Assembly: GCA_963766645.1 (NCBI GenBank)
Contig: CAVYAY010000002.1
Location: 1,318,529-1,382,528 of the forward strand
Direction: 5' to 3'
Source of the DNA: an uncultured Chloroflexia bacterium
Lineage (GTDB): Bacteria; Chloroflexota; Dehalococcoidia; DSTF01; WHTK01
Length of the DNA: 64,000 nucleotides
Below are positions 10,942 to 19,033 of the stretch, piece after piece. The notes under the pieces are model-generated. The model was not told where the DNA came from and did not search any database. It saw only the letters and a program-made list of their open reading frames with translations. How positions within the stretch are numbered: the first letter of the stretch is position 1; every line of letters begins with the position of its first letter. Position numbers and translations under genes: made by a program.

Positions 10942-11891
10942 GTGCCTCGTTTGGTCGTCGATCTCTGGGTCTGGCCCGCATTCATCGCCCTGATCTTCTT
11001 CTTGCTCGCACTCGACCTCGTCGTATTTCAACGCGATATCCACGAGGTCTCGATTACGGAGGCGTTTGTCTGGAGCGTCGATCTGGACGATCGTCGGGCG
11101 TTGCCTTTGCGGGTGTCATATGGGCGTGGCACGGGCATGACGCGGCGGGTGAATATATCGCGGGTTACGTCATCGAGCGCAGCCTGTCGGTCGACAACAT
11201 CTTCGTCTTCGCGCTGATCTTTACGTACTTCGCGGTCCCGGCAAACTATCAGCCGCGCATTCTGATCTGGGGCGTCGTCGGCGCCATCATGTTTCGCCTC
11301 GCCTTCATCGGCGCCGGCGCGGGACTGCTGGATGCGTTCCACTGGATGATCTACGTCTTCGGTGGATTCCTCGTCTTCACAGGCGCCCGGATGGCGGTTG
11401 GCAAGGAGATGGAGGTCCACCCGGAAGACAACCCGGCGCTGAGGCTGTTGCGGCGTGTGATCCCGATTACCTCCGACTATCGAGGGCACGCGGTTTTTCG
11501 TGCGGCAGGGCGGGCGGCAGGATGGCGACGCCGCTGCTGGCGGTGGTGATAACGCTCGCGACGACGGACGTCGATCTTCGCGGTCGACTCGATCCCGGCG
11601 ATTTTCGCGGTCACGGACGATGCGTTCATCGTCTTCTCCTCGAACGCGTTCGCCGTACTGGGCATGCGCGTCCTGTACTTCCTGCTCGCCGGTGCGATGC
11701 ATCGCTTCGTCTACCTCAAGATCGGGCTGTCGGCGGTGCTGATCTTCGTCGGCGTGAAGATGCTGACCGAGGAGTTCTATCACATGTCGATCTGGGTTTC
11801 GCTGGGAATCATCGCGGCGGTCCTGGCGGCGTCGATTGGCGGTTCTTTGTTCGTGACTCGGCGAGCGAGTGCTGAGATCGAGCCGGCGTAA
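10942..11891 (+). CDS. TerC/Alx-family integral membrane protein, several frameshifts
   Basis: WVWPAFIALIFFLLALDLVVF, GYVIERSLSVDNIFVFALIF, the second repeat AVDSIPAIFAVTDDAFIVFSSNAFAVLGMR and LYFLLAGAMHRFVYLKIGLSAVLIFVGVKM are found in alternating + frames. Confidence 0.8.
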
Positions 11892-11901
11892 CGGAGGTTC
11901 G

Positions 11902-12735
11902 ATGAACGAGAACAAACCGGTACTGGTTACGACGGACGGCTCGGCGCACTCGCACCGAGTGTTGCCGCACGCCGCGCTGCTGGCGACGGCGCTGGAGACA
12001 TCGTTGGTCCTGCTGCAGGTGCTTGATGAGGAGGAGGACGATTCGGATCACGCGCGAGCCACGTGTGGCGCAACGCTGGAGCGGCTGGGTATCGACGGCG
12101 AGGTGGTGGTTGAGGCGCGCGACGGGCAGGGGAAGACGGCTGACGCCGTGCTGCGGGTGGCGGAGCGGTTAGACGCGGCGGTGCTGGCTATCGACTCACG
12201 GGGCCACGGGGCGCTGCGTCACGCGTTGCACGGCAGTGTGGCGCTGGACGTGCTGTCATCGGCGAACCTGCCATTGCTGGTCAGCGGGCCGAATTTGGAA
12301 CCGCGGTCACGAGAGGCGTCGGCTTATCGCATCGTGGCGACGAGCGACGGCTCGAAGGCGTCGGAGGCGCTGCTGCACGCTCTGGGGGCGCTGGCAGGGG
12401 ACGGGGGCCTGGAGATCACGCTGCTGCGGGTGCACGAGCACGAGCCCGGGGGCCGGGACGATGCGGCCGCGGTGCAGCTCTGCCACGACGAGCTGGAGGC
12501 CGCCCGCAAGCTGCTGCCGGCAGCGTTGAGCGTCGAAGCGGTGGTGCGGGAGATCCCGCGCGGCGCCGGAATCGACACGGCGATTATCGAGAAGGCGCAG
12601 GAGCTGGGCGCACACGCGATCGCGATGTCGACGCAGGGCCAGAACGCGCGACGTCACGTGATGATGGGGAGCGTGGCGCTGACGCTGCTGGGGCGCTCGC
12701 CGCTGCCGTTGTTGCTGACGCGGGCAGAGGTCTAA
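11902..12735 (+). CDS. tandem universal stress protein (2 x UspA domain)
   Basis: Two repeats of the USP pattern: PVLVTTDGSAHS..AVLAIDSRGHGALRHALHGSVALDVLSSANLPLLV and IVATSDGS..HAIAMSTQGQNARRHVMMGSVALTLLGRSPLPLLL. Confidence 0.85.
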   Translation: MNENKPVLVTTDGSAHSHRVLPHAALLATALETSLVLLQVLDEEEDDSDHARATCGATLERLGIDGEVVVEARDGQGKTADAVLRVAERLDAAVLAIDSRGHGALRHALHGSVALDVLSSANLPLLVSGPNLEPRSREASAYRIVATSDGSKASEALLHALGALAGDGGLEITLLRVHEHEPGGRDDAAAVQLCHDELEAARKLLPAALSVEAVVREIPRGAGIDTAIIEKAQELGAHAIAMSTQGQNARRHVMMGSVALTLLGRSPLPLLLTRAEV

Positions 12736-12747
12736 GGCTTCGCACGA

Positions 12748-13010
12748 GGCCGACGGCTGCGCATCTTCGCCTGGCGGCTCATCTGCTCCGCCTTGTTGTG
12801 AGAGGGACGTGAGGGGAGACCCCTCAGACTACCCCCGCAGGGGCTGCGCCCCTACTGACCCTGCCTAAGTTTGCTGGGCTTCTTCCGGACTACGCATGAG
12901 GTTGGGCAGAATGCCCGGTCGAGGCGAGGCTGACGGCTGCGCATCTTCGCCCGGCGATTCCTCTGCTCCGCCTTCTTGCGGAGGAGACATGACATGAGAG
13001 GAGCCTTCGA
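12748..13010. repeat. ~174-bp intergenic tandem repeat (about 1.6 copies) containing a GGGGAGACCCC..GGGGCTGCGCCCC core
   Basis: GAGGCCGACGGCTGCGCATCTTCGCCTGGCGGCTCATCTGCTCCGCCTTGTTG (12750-12800) recurs as GAGGCTGACGGCTGCGCATCTTCGCCCGGCGATTCCTCTGCTCCGCCTTCTTG (12924-12976). The core resembles the elements at 38.5 kb and 52.5 kb. Confidence 0.7.
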
Positions 13011-13062
13011 CGGACTCAGGATGTGGTAGCCGCGCTCCCGATACCTCGCTAGATTGTCATAT

Positions 13063-14028
13063 CTAGGAGGGGCCGCCGATCCAGCGGAAGTAGGGGTCGA
13101 GGCTGGGCAGGACGCCGGTTGAGGCGGTGAGGAAGACGAGGCCGAGCACGAGGCTGAAGACGGCAGCGACGAGGCCGGCCATGACATAGATCGTCTGGCG
13201 GCGGCGGGTGGAGACGAAGCCGAAGGTCGACGTGATGGTGATCACGGTGTTGGAGACGAGCAGGCCGGCGACGAAGACGAAGAGCGCGCTGATGGCGACG
13301 CCCTGGCTCGTAGCGCCGACGGCGGTGGCGATGATCAGGGCCTGGGTGCCGGTCTCAGCGCCGATGCCGTGGATGACGCCGATGCCGAGGGCGGTGCGGG
13401 AGCTGTAGTTCTGGGGCTCAGCGTGGATGTGCTCGTGCTGGCCGATGCGGGAGCGTACCCAGTGCCAGGCGTTGCTGACGCCGGCGAAGACGAGCATCCA
13501 GCGGCTGCGCATGTGGAACTGGCCACCGCCGTGGTAGTAGCGATAGACCGAATAGAAGAGGTAGGTGGCGAGGAAGAGCAGGGTCGCGCCGACGAGCTTC
13601 TCCATGATCGGGTCGATCCAGCCCGGCAGGACCTCGGCGGCGAGGATGGCGATGACGCCGAGCACGACGACGACGGCGCCGTGGCCGATGGCGTAGAGCG
13701 AGCCGAGCCAGAGCGCCTGCTTCTGGCTGGGCGGCAGCGAGGCCGTAAGAACGCGGACGCTGGAGAGCGGACGCGCTAGGGTTGCGGTCGCGGCGCCGGT
13801 GACGCCAGACGGGAGCGCCGTGCCGGTAGCGACCAGCGGAGCGCCTTGATCATCCCGCGAGTGGGAGTGCGAGTGCGTGGAGTGGTGGCTCTCGTCCGTG
13901 AGCATGACGCCGGGCTCGCCGATGAGCCAGCTTTCGTCTTCGTCGTCGATGGCAGCGGCCGTGCTCGTGATGTCAGTAATCGCGGCGATGTGGTCCCAGT
14001 CGATGCCGTGGCGGATGCCGAGGGCCAA
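13063..14028 (-). CDS. NiCoT/NicO-like (HoxN/HupN/NixA-related) metal permease with His-rich loop
   Basis: Polytopic membrane protein. RHGIDWDHIAAI resembles the RHA-x-DADHI signature of Ni/Co permeases. It has a His-rich loop ESHHSTHSHSHS and a second half GVIHGIGAETGTQ. The open frame continues upstream (..LFLTAGIGGLGVYAAALA) without a canonical start, so the N-terminus is uncertain. Confidence 0.55.
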   Translation of the reverse strand: MALGIRHGIDWDHIAAITDITSTAAAIDDEDESWLIGEPGVMLTDESHHSTHSHSHSRDDQGAPLVATGTALPSGVTGAATATLARPLSSVRVLTASLPPSQKQALWLGSLYAIGHGAVVVVLGVIAILAAEVLPGWIDPIMEKLVGATLLFLATYLFYSVYRYYHGGGQFHMRSRWMLVFAGVSNAWHWVRSRIGQHEHIHAEPQNYSSRTALGIGVIHGIGAETGTQALIIATAVGATSQGVAISALFVFVAGLLVSNTVITITSTFGFVSTRRRQTIYVMAGLVAAVFSLVLGLVFLTASTGVLPSLDPYFRWIGGPS

Positions 14029-14206
14029 GGCCGCGGCGTAGACGCCGAGGCCGCCGATGCCGGCGGTCAGGAAGAGGGATTCGAGGCTGATGAGGGCCCT
14101 CCGCAGTTCGATCTAAATGCAATCAATTGCAATAACGTCCCGTCGCAGTGACTCTATCGCGGCTCAGCGGGCGTGTCAATCAAGGGCGCGGCTATACTGC
14201 GGAGCG

Positions 14207-14464
14207 ATGCTTCGGGGTTACTTCAGGATGCTGCTAAAACGGGTCGTTCGCTACGGCATTATCGGAGCCGGCCCAGCGGTTGTGCTCTTTGCCTTCGCTT
14301 TGCTAGCAGGGCTGCCGCAATGGGTAGCGTTCGTAGCGATCGTCATGGGAGCGCTGATCGGGAGCGTTTTGGGCCAGATCCTCATGCCACGTCTGTTTGG
14401 CCCGGAGCCGCCGCCAACGCCGCCTGCTCCTCGTGGTCGAGGAAGCGGAAGAAGAGGATCGTGA
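14207..14464 (+). CDS. hypothetical small membrane protein
   Basis: MLRGYFRMLLKRVVRYGIIGAGPAVVLFAFALLAGLPQWVAFVAIVMGALIGSVLG gives two predicted TM helices. Its 3' end overlaps the convergent ctaG. No recognisable family. Confidence 0.3.
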   Translation: MLRGYFRMLLKRVVRYGIIGAGPAVVLFAFALLAGLPQWVAFVAIVMGALIGSVLGQILMPRLFGPEPPPTPPAPRGRGSGRRGS

Positions 14465-15203
14465 TCGCGGCGAAGCTCGCGGCTTCACCGAGCGCCCCCA
14501 TGACGAGGCCAGCGATCTGCTGGTCGTCCCTAGCCGAGACGCCCCAGAGGCGATCAACCGTGTCGTAGTAGTGGTAGATGACGCCGCTGCTGGCGAAGAA
14601 GAGCAGCGCCAGCAGGCCCATCGGCATGCCGGTGGCAAAGAGGTAGAGCAGGCGCGCGCCCTCGCCCTGGTGGCCAGTGAGGGGTGTTGGCTGCACCACG
14701 GGCCACCAGAACAGGATGCCTGTCGCCATGAAGGCGATGTGCATCGTGATGTGGATCGGGAGGTTGTCCAGGGCGGCGCCGTAGACCGGCGGCACGTGCC
14801 AGAACCACATGTTGACAATGAACAACGTCCCGGAGAAGAGGGGATGCGTCACGGTGCGCGCGACGCGGTTGATCAGCCGTGGGCGCAGGAAGGGGTCGAC
14901 CAGCGCGGGGGAGAGGCCAAGAAGGAGAAGCGGCGGGCCGACGGTGGTCACCGCAACGTGCTGCAGCATGTGCAACGAGAGCAGGCGGTTGGCCCCTGAG
15001 TCGAGTGGCGAGACGAGCGCGAGGAACATGACGGTGACGCCCGCGGTGAACGCGGCGGCGCGCCAGCCGTTGAAGGCGCCTTTCAGGGTCGTGACGCCGT
15101 AGGTATAGAAGGCGAGGGCGATAAAGGTGCCGGCGACGATGCTGGGCTCGAGGCTCCAGGCGCCGACATCGACCTGACGGCCGAGGTGCAGGAGGAGGGG
15201 CAT
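14382..15203 (-). CDS. ctaG: cytochrome c oxidase assembly factor CtaG (caa3/Bacillus type, PF09678-like)
   Basis: Polytopic protein with LSLHMLQHVAVTTVGPPLLLLG, FWHVPPVYGAAL, IHITMHIAFMATGILFWWPVV and DQQIAGLVMG, characteristic of Caa3_CtaG. The start ATG at 15203 is 1 nt after the upstream stop. Confidence 0.8.
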   Translation of the reverse strand: MPLLLHLGRQVDVGAWSLEPSIVAGTFIALAFYTYGVTTLKGAFNGWRAAAFTAGVTVMFLALVSPLDSGANRLLSLHMLQHVAVTTVGPPLLLLGLSPALVDPFLRPRLINRVARTVTHPLFSGTLFIVNMWFWHVPPVYGAALDNLPIHITMHIAFMATGILFWWPVVQPTPLTGHQGEGARLLYLFATGMPMGLLALLFFASSGVIYHYYDTVDRLWGVSARDDQQIAGLVMGALGEAASFAAITILFFRFLDHEEQAALAAAPGQTDVA

Positions 15204-15204
15204 G

Positions 15205-15630
15205 TTAGGGGCCCGGCTTCCAGCCACCGGCCATGTCGACGGCCTGCTGGACCATCTGGATGCGGCGGCGGCTGAGGATGTTGAGCGCGACGCCGGCGAT
15301 GCCGATTAGCGGCACGACGATGCCGATGGCGAGCAGCAGGGCGCCGGTGCCGGGCGTCTGGTCCTGGTCGATCATGATCCAGCCGGCGACGGCGGAGCCG
15401 AGACCGAAGTGGAACATGAGGAGGAAGATCAGCATCGGCAACTCGAGGAGGCGGCCGCGGTCGACGGGAGACTGCAACTCGGGCGGCGTCCGTCCACTCG
15501 AGCGCGCTTCATTCCAGCGCGTTGCGTAGCACGTCTTGTGAATCCAGCGCCTGTCGAGAAAACCGGCGGCAGACCAGTCTTCGATTTGTTCGCGGCACTT
15601 GCTGCAGCGTCCGGGCCATTCGACCATCAA
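15205..15630 (-). CDS. hypothetical membrane protein with N-terminal Cys-x2-Cys ... His-x2-Cys segment
   Basis: GRCSKCREQIEDW...WIHKTCY is followed by two TM helices. It abuts ctaG. Confidence 0.45.
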   Translation of the reverse strand: MMVEWPGRCSKCREQIEDWSAAGFLDRRWIHKTCYATRWNEARSSGRTPPELQSPVDRGRLLELPMLIFLLMFHFGLGSAVAGWIMIDQDQTPGTGALLLAIGIVVPLIGIAGVALNILSRRRIQMVQQAVDMAGGWKPGP

Positions 15631-15686
15631 GGCATCACCCCACCGCCACCATTATGGTACGAAGGGTTAGTAGGGCAAAGGGCCAT

Positions 15687-16301
15687 TCAGTCTATACAGC
15701 AGAGCTCGCCACGGGTGAAGGCTTCCCAGCCCTCACGAGCGAGGACGGCGACGATGATCAGGGCGGCAACCGGGTCGGCCCACCACCAGCCGAGCAGCGC
15801 GTTGGCACCGAGGCCGAGGAGCAAAGCGGCGGAGAGGTAGCTACAGACGAGCGTCTCGCGCGATTCGGCCTCGAGGGCGCGGCTGTTGATGCGGTGCGCC
15901 AGCCGGTGCTTGGCGACGGACATGGCCGGCATGATGACGAGCGAGGCGGTCGCGATGCCGATGCCGAGGTAGGAGACGTCTGGCTCTTCGGTGGCGATGA
16001 GGTCACGGACGGCTTCGTAGCCCACGTAGAAGGCAAGCAAGATGAAGGTGAGACCGACGAACTGCGCGGTGCGCTGCTCCCAGGCGGAGTCTTCTTCGCT
16101 GCGCCTGAGCAGGTGGACTAGGACGACGACACCGGCGCTGACCTCGATGGTGCTGTCGAAGCCGAAGCCGACGAGGGCAATGCTTCCGGCGATGAACCCC
16201 GCGGCAATCGACAGGACGGCCTCGGCGGTGTTGTAGGCGAGCGTGGTGCTGACGAGGCAAAGGGCCCAGCGTGTGTCCGTCTTGAGCTGTAGCGTTTGCA
16301 T
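15687..16301 (-). CDS. cation diffusion facilitator-type transporter (short, TMD only)
   Basis: SIALVGFGFDSTIEVSAG, AESRETLVCSYLSAALLLGLG and WWWADPVAALIIVAVLAREGWEA match the CDF TM2/TM5-6 metal-site pattern. About 6 TM helices and no cytoplasmic domain. Confidence 0.7.
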   Translation of the reverse strand: MQTLQLKTDTRWALCLVSTTLAYNTAEAVLSIAAGFIAGSIALVGFGFDSTIEVSAGVVVLVHLLRRSEEDSAWEQRTAQFVGLTFILLAFYVGYEAVRDLIATEEPDVSYLGIGIATASLVIMPAMSVAKHRLAHRINSRALEAESRETLVCSYLSAALLLGLGANALLGWWWADPVAALIIVAVLAREGWEAFTRGELCCID

Positions 16302-16310
16302 AGTTAAAAG

Positions 16311-16410
16311 CTGGGGCTTCGCCCCGAGACTCCACTAAAGGCGGCGTCCAAGGCGATAGCTAAGTCGGGGCTCTGCCGCGAAGCCCCACTAAAGGCGGCG
16401 CCAAGGGCGT
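16311..16410. repeat. two tandem ~54-bp hairpin-containing repeats in the CDF leader
   Basis: GGGGCTTCGCCCCGAGACTCCACTAAAGGCGGCGTCCAAGGCG (16313-16355) and GGGGCTCTGCCGCGAAGCCCCACTAAAGGCGGCGCCAAGGGCG (16367-16409). Confidence 0.7.
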
Positions 16411-16492
16411 CTTGCCGCCAGGCGCGCGTAGATTATCGCGATATGCGGCTGGCTGTCTTGTTCTGACCCGCGGCGGGCGTGCTACGATCCTT

Positions 16493-17449
16493 GTGACGGT
16501 GCACACAAAGTCTTTCTTCCTGTTCGGGGCGGTTGTTGCTGCCATCTTCGTGACTGCCTGTGGCGGCGGAGGCGGCAAGAAGTTCTCCGACACGGTAGTG
16601 ATCGGCGCCGACGATATACGGCCGGAGCTGGTCAGCACCGAACTGGTCACGGGCAAGAACCGCTTCGCCTTCGCGCTGATCGACCCTGACGGGTCGCTGA
16701 TCGTCGACGCGAAGGTCCACATGGTCTTCTACCGCCTGCAGGATGACGGGACGGAGGAGAAGCGTTTCGAGATGGACGCGATCTCCAGCGTGCCGGCGCG
16801 CGACGCGGGTATCGCCGAGACGATCCAGCACGTCCACGCGGACGGTACGGTGCATATCCACGCTAACGTCGGCGAGCAGGTCGGTATCTATGCGTCGGTT
16901 ATTGACTTCGATGAAGCCGGACGCTGGGGTGTTGAGCTGCAGGTGGACACCGGCAAGCGCAAGGAGACGATCCGCCCCAGCTTTATGGTGGGGTCAGTGG
17001 CGACGACGATCCCGATCGGCGCGGACGCGCCGCACAGCGTGAACCGAACGGTAAACGATGTGGACGACATCACTCTGATCGACAGCTCGGCTACGCCGTC
17101 TGAGGAGATGCATACGGAGACGATCGCCGAGGCGATCGACGCGGGACGGCCGGTGCTGGTGTTGTTCGCTGTGCCGGGCTACTGCACCAGCCAGCTCTGC
17201 GGCCCGGAGTACGAAATCATGCGCAAGCTCTACCCGCAGTACCGCGACCGCGTCTCTTTCATCCACGTCGAGCCCTATGAAGTGCCGTCCAGCCCGGACA
17301 AGGTGCTGGTGCAGGCGGCGGTCGACTTTGGTCTTCAGTCGGAGCCGTGGTTCTTCGTGATCGACGCGCAAGGGAAGGTGTCGATGAAGTTCGAGGGGCC
17401 GACCAGCATGCTGGAGCTGGTGAACGCGCTGGACGCTGTCGTCAATTAG
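16493..17449 (+). CDS. lipoprotein with C-terminal thioredoxin-fold (TlpA/Sco-like) domain
   Basis: Lipobox FVTAC-GGGGG. The C-terminal part PVLVLFAVPGYCTSQLCGPEY ... WFFVIDAQGKV has thioredoxin-fold topology with an atypical C-x4-C. The N-terminal beta-rich domain has a His cluster (HVHADGTVHIH). Confidence 0.55.
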   Translation: MTVHTKSFFLFGAVVAAIFVTACGGGGGKKFSDTVVIGADDIRPELVSTELVTGKNRFAFALIDPDGSLIVDAKVHMVFYRLQDDGTEEKRFEMDAISSVPARDAGIAETIQHVHADGTVHIHANVGEQVGIYASVIDFDEAGRWGVELQVDTGKRKETIRPSFMVGSVATTIPIGADAPHSVNRTVNDVDDITLIDSSATPSEEMHTETIAEAIDAGRPVLVLFAVPGYCTSQLCGPEYEIMRKLYPQYRDRVSFIHVEPYEVPSSPDKVLVQAAVDFGLQSEPWFFVIDAQGKVSMKFEGPTSMLELVNALDAVVN

Positions 17450-17461
17450 GCACGAGGGCGG

Positions 17462-18112
17462 CTACCTGACCACATCGTAGCGTAGCCAGGCGTAAGCGCC
17501 GTCCAGCATCTGGCAATCGCGCAGCTTCATCTCAATCGGCGTATTGGCGGCGAAATCAAGGGTTCGATAGATGGTGTGCGGACTCATCCCGCCGACCAGG
17601 ACGGGATGCAGGAGCAGGCTGACCTCGTCGACGAGTGCTTGACGCAGCAGCGCGCCGTTGAGCGTGCCACCGGACTCGACGCGCACCGTGGCGGCGCCAT
17701 ATCGCGTCGCAATCTCCTGCAGTGCCAGGGAGAGATCGACTCGTTCTTCGCCGGCCGTGAGGTCTTCTACATCCTGGTAGCGCAGGTAGTCGCGATGTTC
17801 GCGAGGCGTGGAGCCAGCGCAGATCGAAACGAAGGCGGACCAGAAGGGCCACATTTTGACGCGGCGCCAATCCTTGATGCGGCCTCGGCTATCGATGACG
17901 GCGAGGCGGCCGCGGCGCGACGGGTCCAGCGGAGCTTGTGACGGTGGCTCAGGGGCTTGTCGCAGCGCGGCGAGGATCGTGTCGCTGCCGGCCAGGGTCA
18001 GGTCTTCGTCCCAGTGGCGTGCCAGTTGATAGAAGAGGCCGAAGTTGGGAGCGAGACCCGTCGTGCGGCCATCGGCGCTGACGGCGTTATGCAGGATGAC
18101 CTTCGGTCGCAT
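17462..18112 (-). CDS. RibD C-terminal domain / dihydrofolate-reductase-like reductase
   Basis: MRPKVILHNAVSADGRT.., VRVESGGTLNGALLRQALVDEVSLLLHPVLVGG. The start is taken at the internal ATG (MRPKV). Confidence 0.7.
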   Translation of the reverse strand: MRPKVILHNAVSADGRTTGLAPNFGLFYQLARHWDEDLTLAGSDTILAALRQAPEPPSQAPLDPSRRGRLAVIDSRGRIKDWRRVKMWPFWSAFVSICAGSTPREHRDYLRYQDVEDLTAGEERVDLSLALQEIATRYGAATVRVESGGTLNGALLRQALVDEVSLLLHPVLVGGMSPHTIYRTLDFAANTPIEMKLRDCQMLDGAYAWLRYDVVR

Positions 18113-18179
18113 GCCGAGATGATGCGCCTGGAGCCTTGTGGCGGCGAGGGCCGAACGGCCCAGACCGTAAACTGCGCGG

Positions 18180-18554
18180 GTGAGCACGCTGGCCGCTCTA
18201 ATTGGCAGCATCCTTTTTGTATTTCTGGTTGCAAGCCTGCTTTTGGCGTGGCTGTGGCGCAGGACGGACGATGAATCCCGTGGTCTGGTGCTGGCGATCT
18301 GGAAGTTGCCGCTGCGGAAGAAGATAAGGCTGGCGCGCTCGCTCGCCGGCGACCGGCGGATCCCGTTGCTGGTGCGCCTGCTGCCGCCCGCGATGGTGCT
18401 TTACCTGGCCATGCCGCTAGACGTGATACCGGACTTCATTCCAATCCTAGGCCAGGCTGACGACGTGCTGGTCGCCGCCGTGGGAATCGTCCTGCTGCTG
18501 CGGCTGACGCCGCGCCACGTGCTGGAGGAGAAGCTGAGGGCGCTGGAACGCTAG
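18180..18554 (+). CDS. DUF1232 (YkvA-like) membrane protein
   Basis: LYLAMPLDVIPDFIPILGQADDVLVAAVGI is the DUF1232 signature. Confidence 0.7.
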   Translation: MSTLAALIGSILFVFLVASLLLAWLWRRTDDESRGLVLAIWKLPLRKKIRLARSLAGDRRIPLLVRLLPPAMVLYLAMPLDVIPDFIPILGQADDVLVAAVGIVLLLRLTPRHVLEEKLRALER

Positions 18555-19006
18555 TGGACCGTGAACGAGCCGTTCATGGTGTCCGGGTGGACGTCGCAGC
18601 GGAAGTAGTAGGTGCCGGGCGGGGGCGCGTCGAAGGTGAAATTGACGACGGCAGGTCCGGTGACGAGGTCACCGCTGAAGATCTTCTGGGCGAGGCTCTT
18701 GTCGTTGTAGAGCGCGAAGTTGTGCAGCACGCTGGGGTCCTGATTATCGAACTGGACCGTAACAGACGCGCCGGAGGTGGCCGTGAGGGCGCGCTGGTCG
18801 AACGCGAGGTTTTTCGCGACGAGTTGGATTACGGTCTCGCCGGGGGCGCTAGGGGTGGGCGGCGCGGAGCTTTCGGTGGTCGGCGCCGGGGTGGGGAAGA
18901 CCTCGCGTTCGGCGCCGATACCGTCCATCGACCCGATAACAACGCCGGCGAAGACCAGCGCGAGGGGAATGAGGGAGAAGACGAATATCTGCCAGCTCTT
19001 GAACAC
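18551..19006 (-). CDS. membrane-anchored type-1 (blue) copper protein, cupredoxin fold
   Basis: N-terminal TM helix and a Pro/Thr/Ser linker. Cupredoxin ligands are HNF ... YYFRCDVHPDTMNG (His, Cys, His, Met spacing). It lies immediately downstream of coxI. Confidence 0.75.
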   Translation of the reverse strand: MFKSWQIFVFSLIPLALVFAGVVIGSMDGIGAEREVFPTPAPTTESSAPPTPSAPGETVIQLVAKNLAFDQRALTATSGASVTVQFDNQDPSVLHNFALYNDKSLAQKIFSGDLVTGPAVVNFTFDAPPPGTYYFRCDVHPDTMNGSFTVH

Positions 19007-19033
19007 GAGTCCTTCTTTGCTCCTTGGCGCTGC

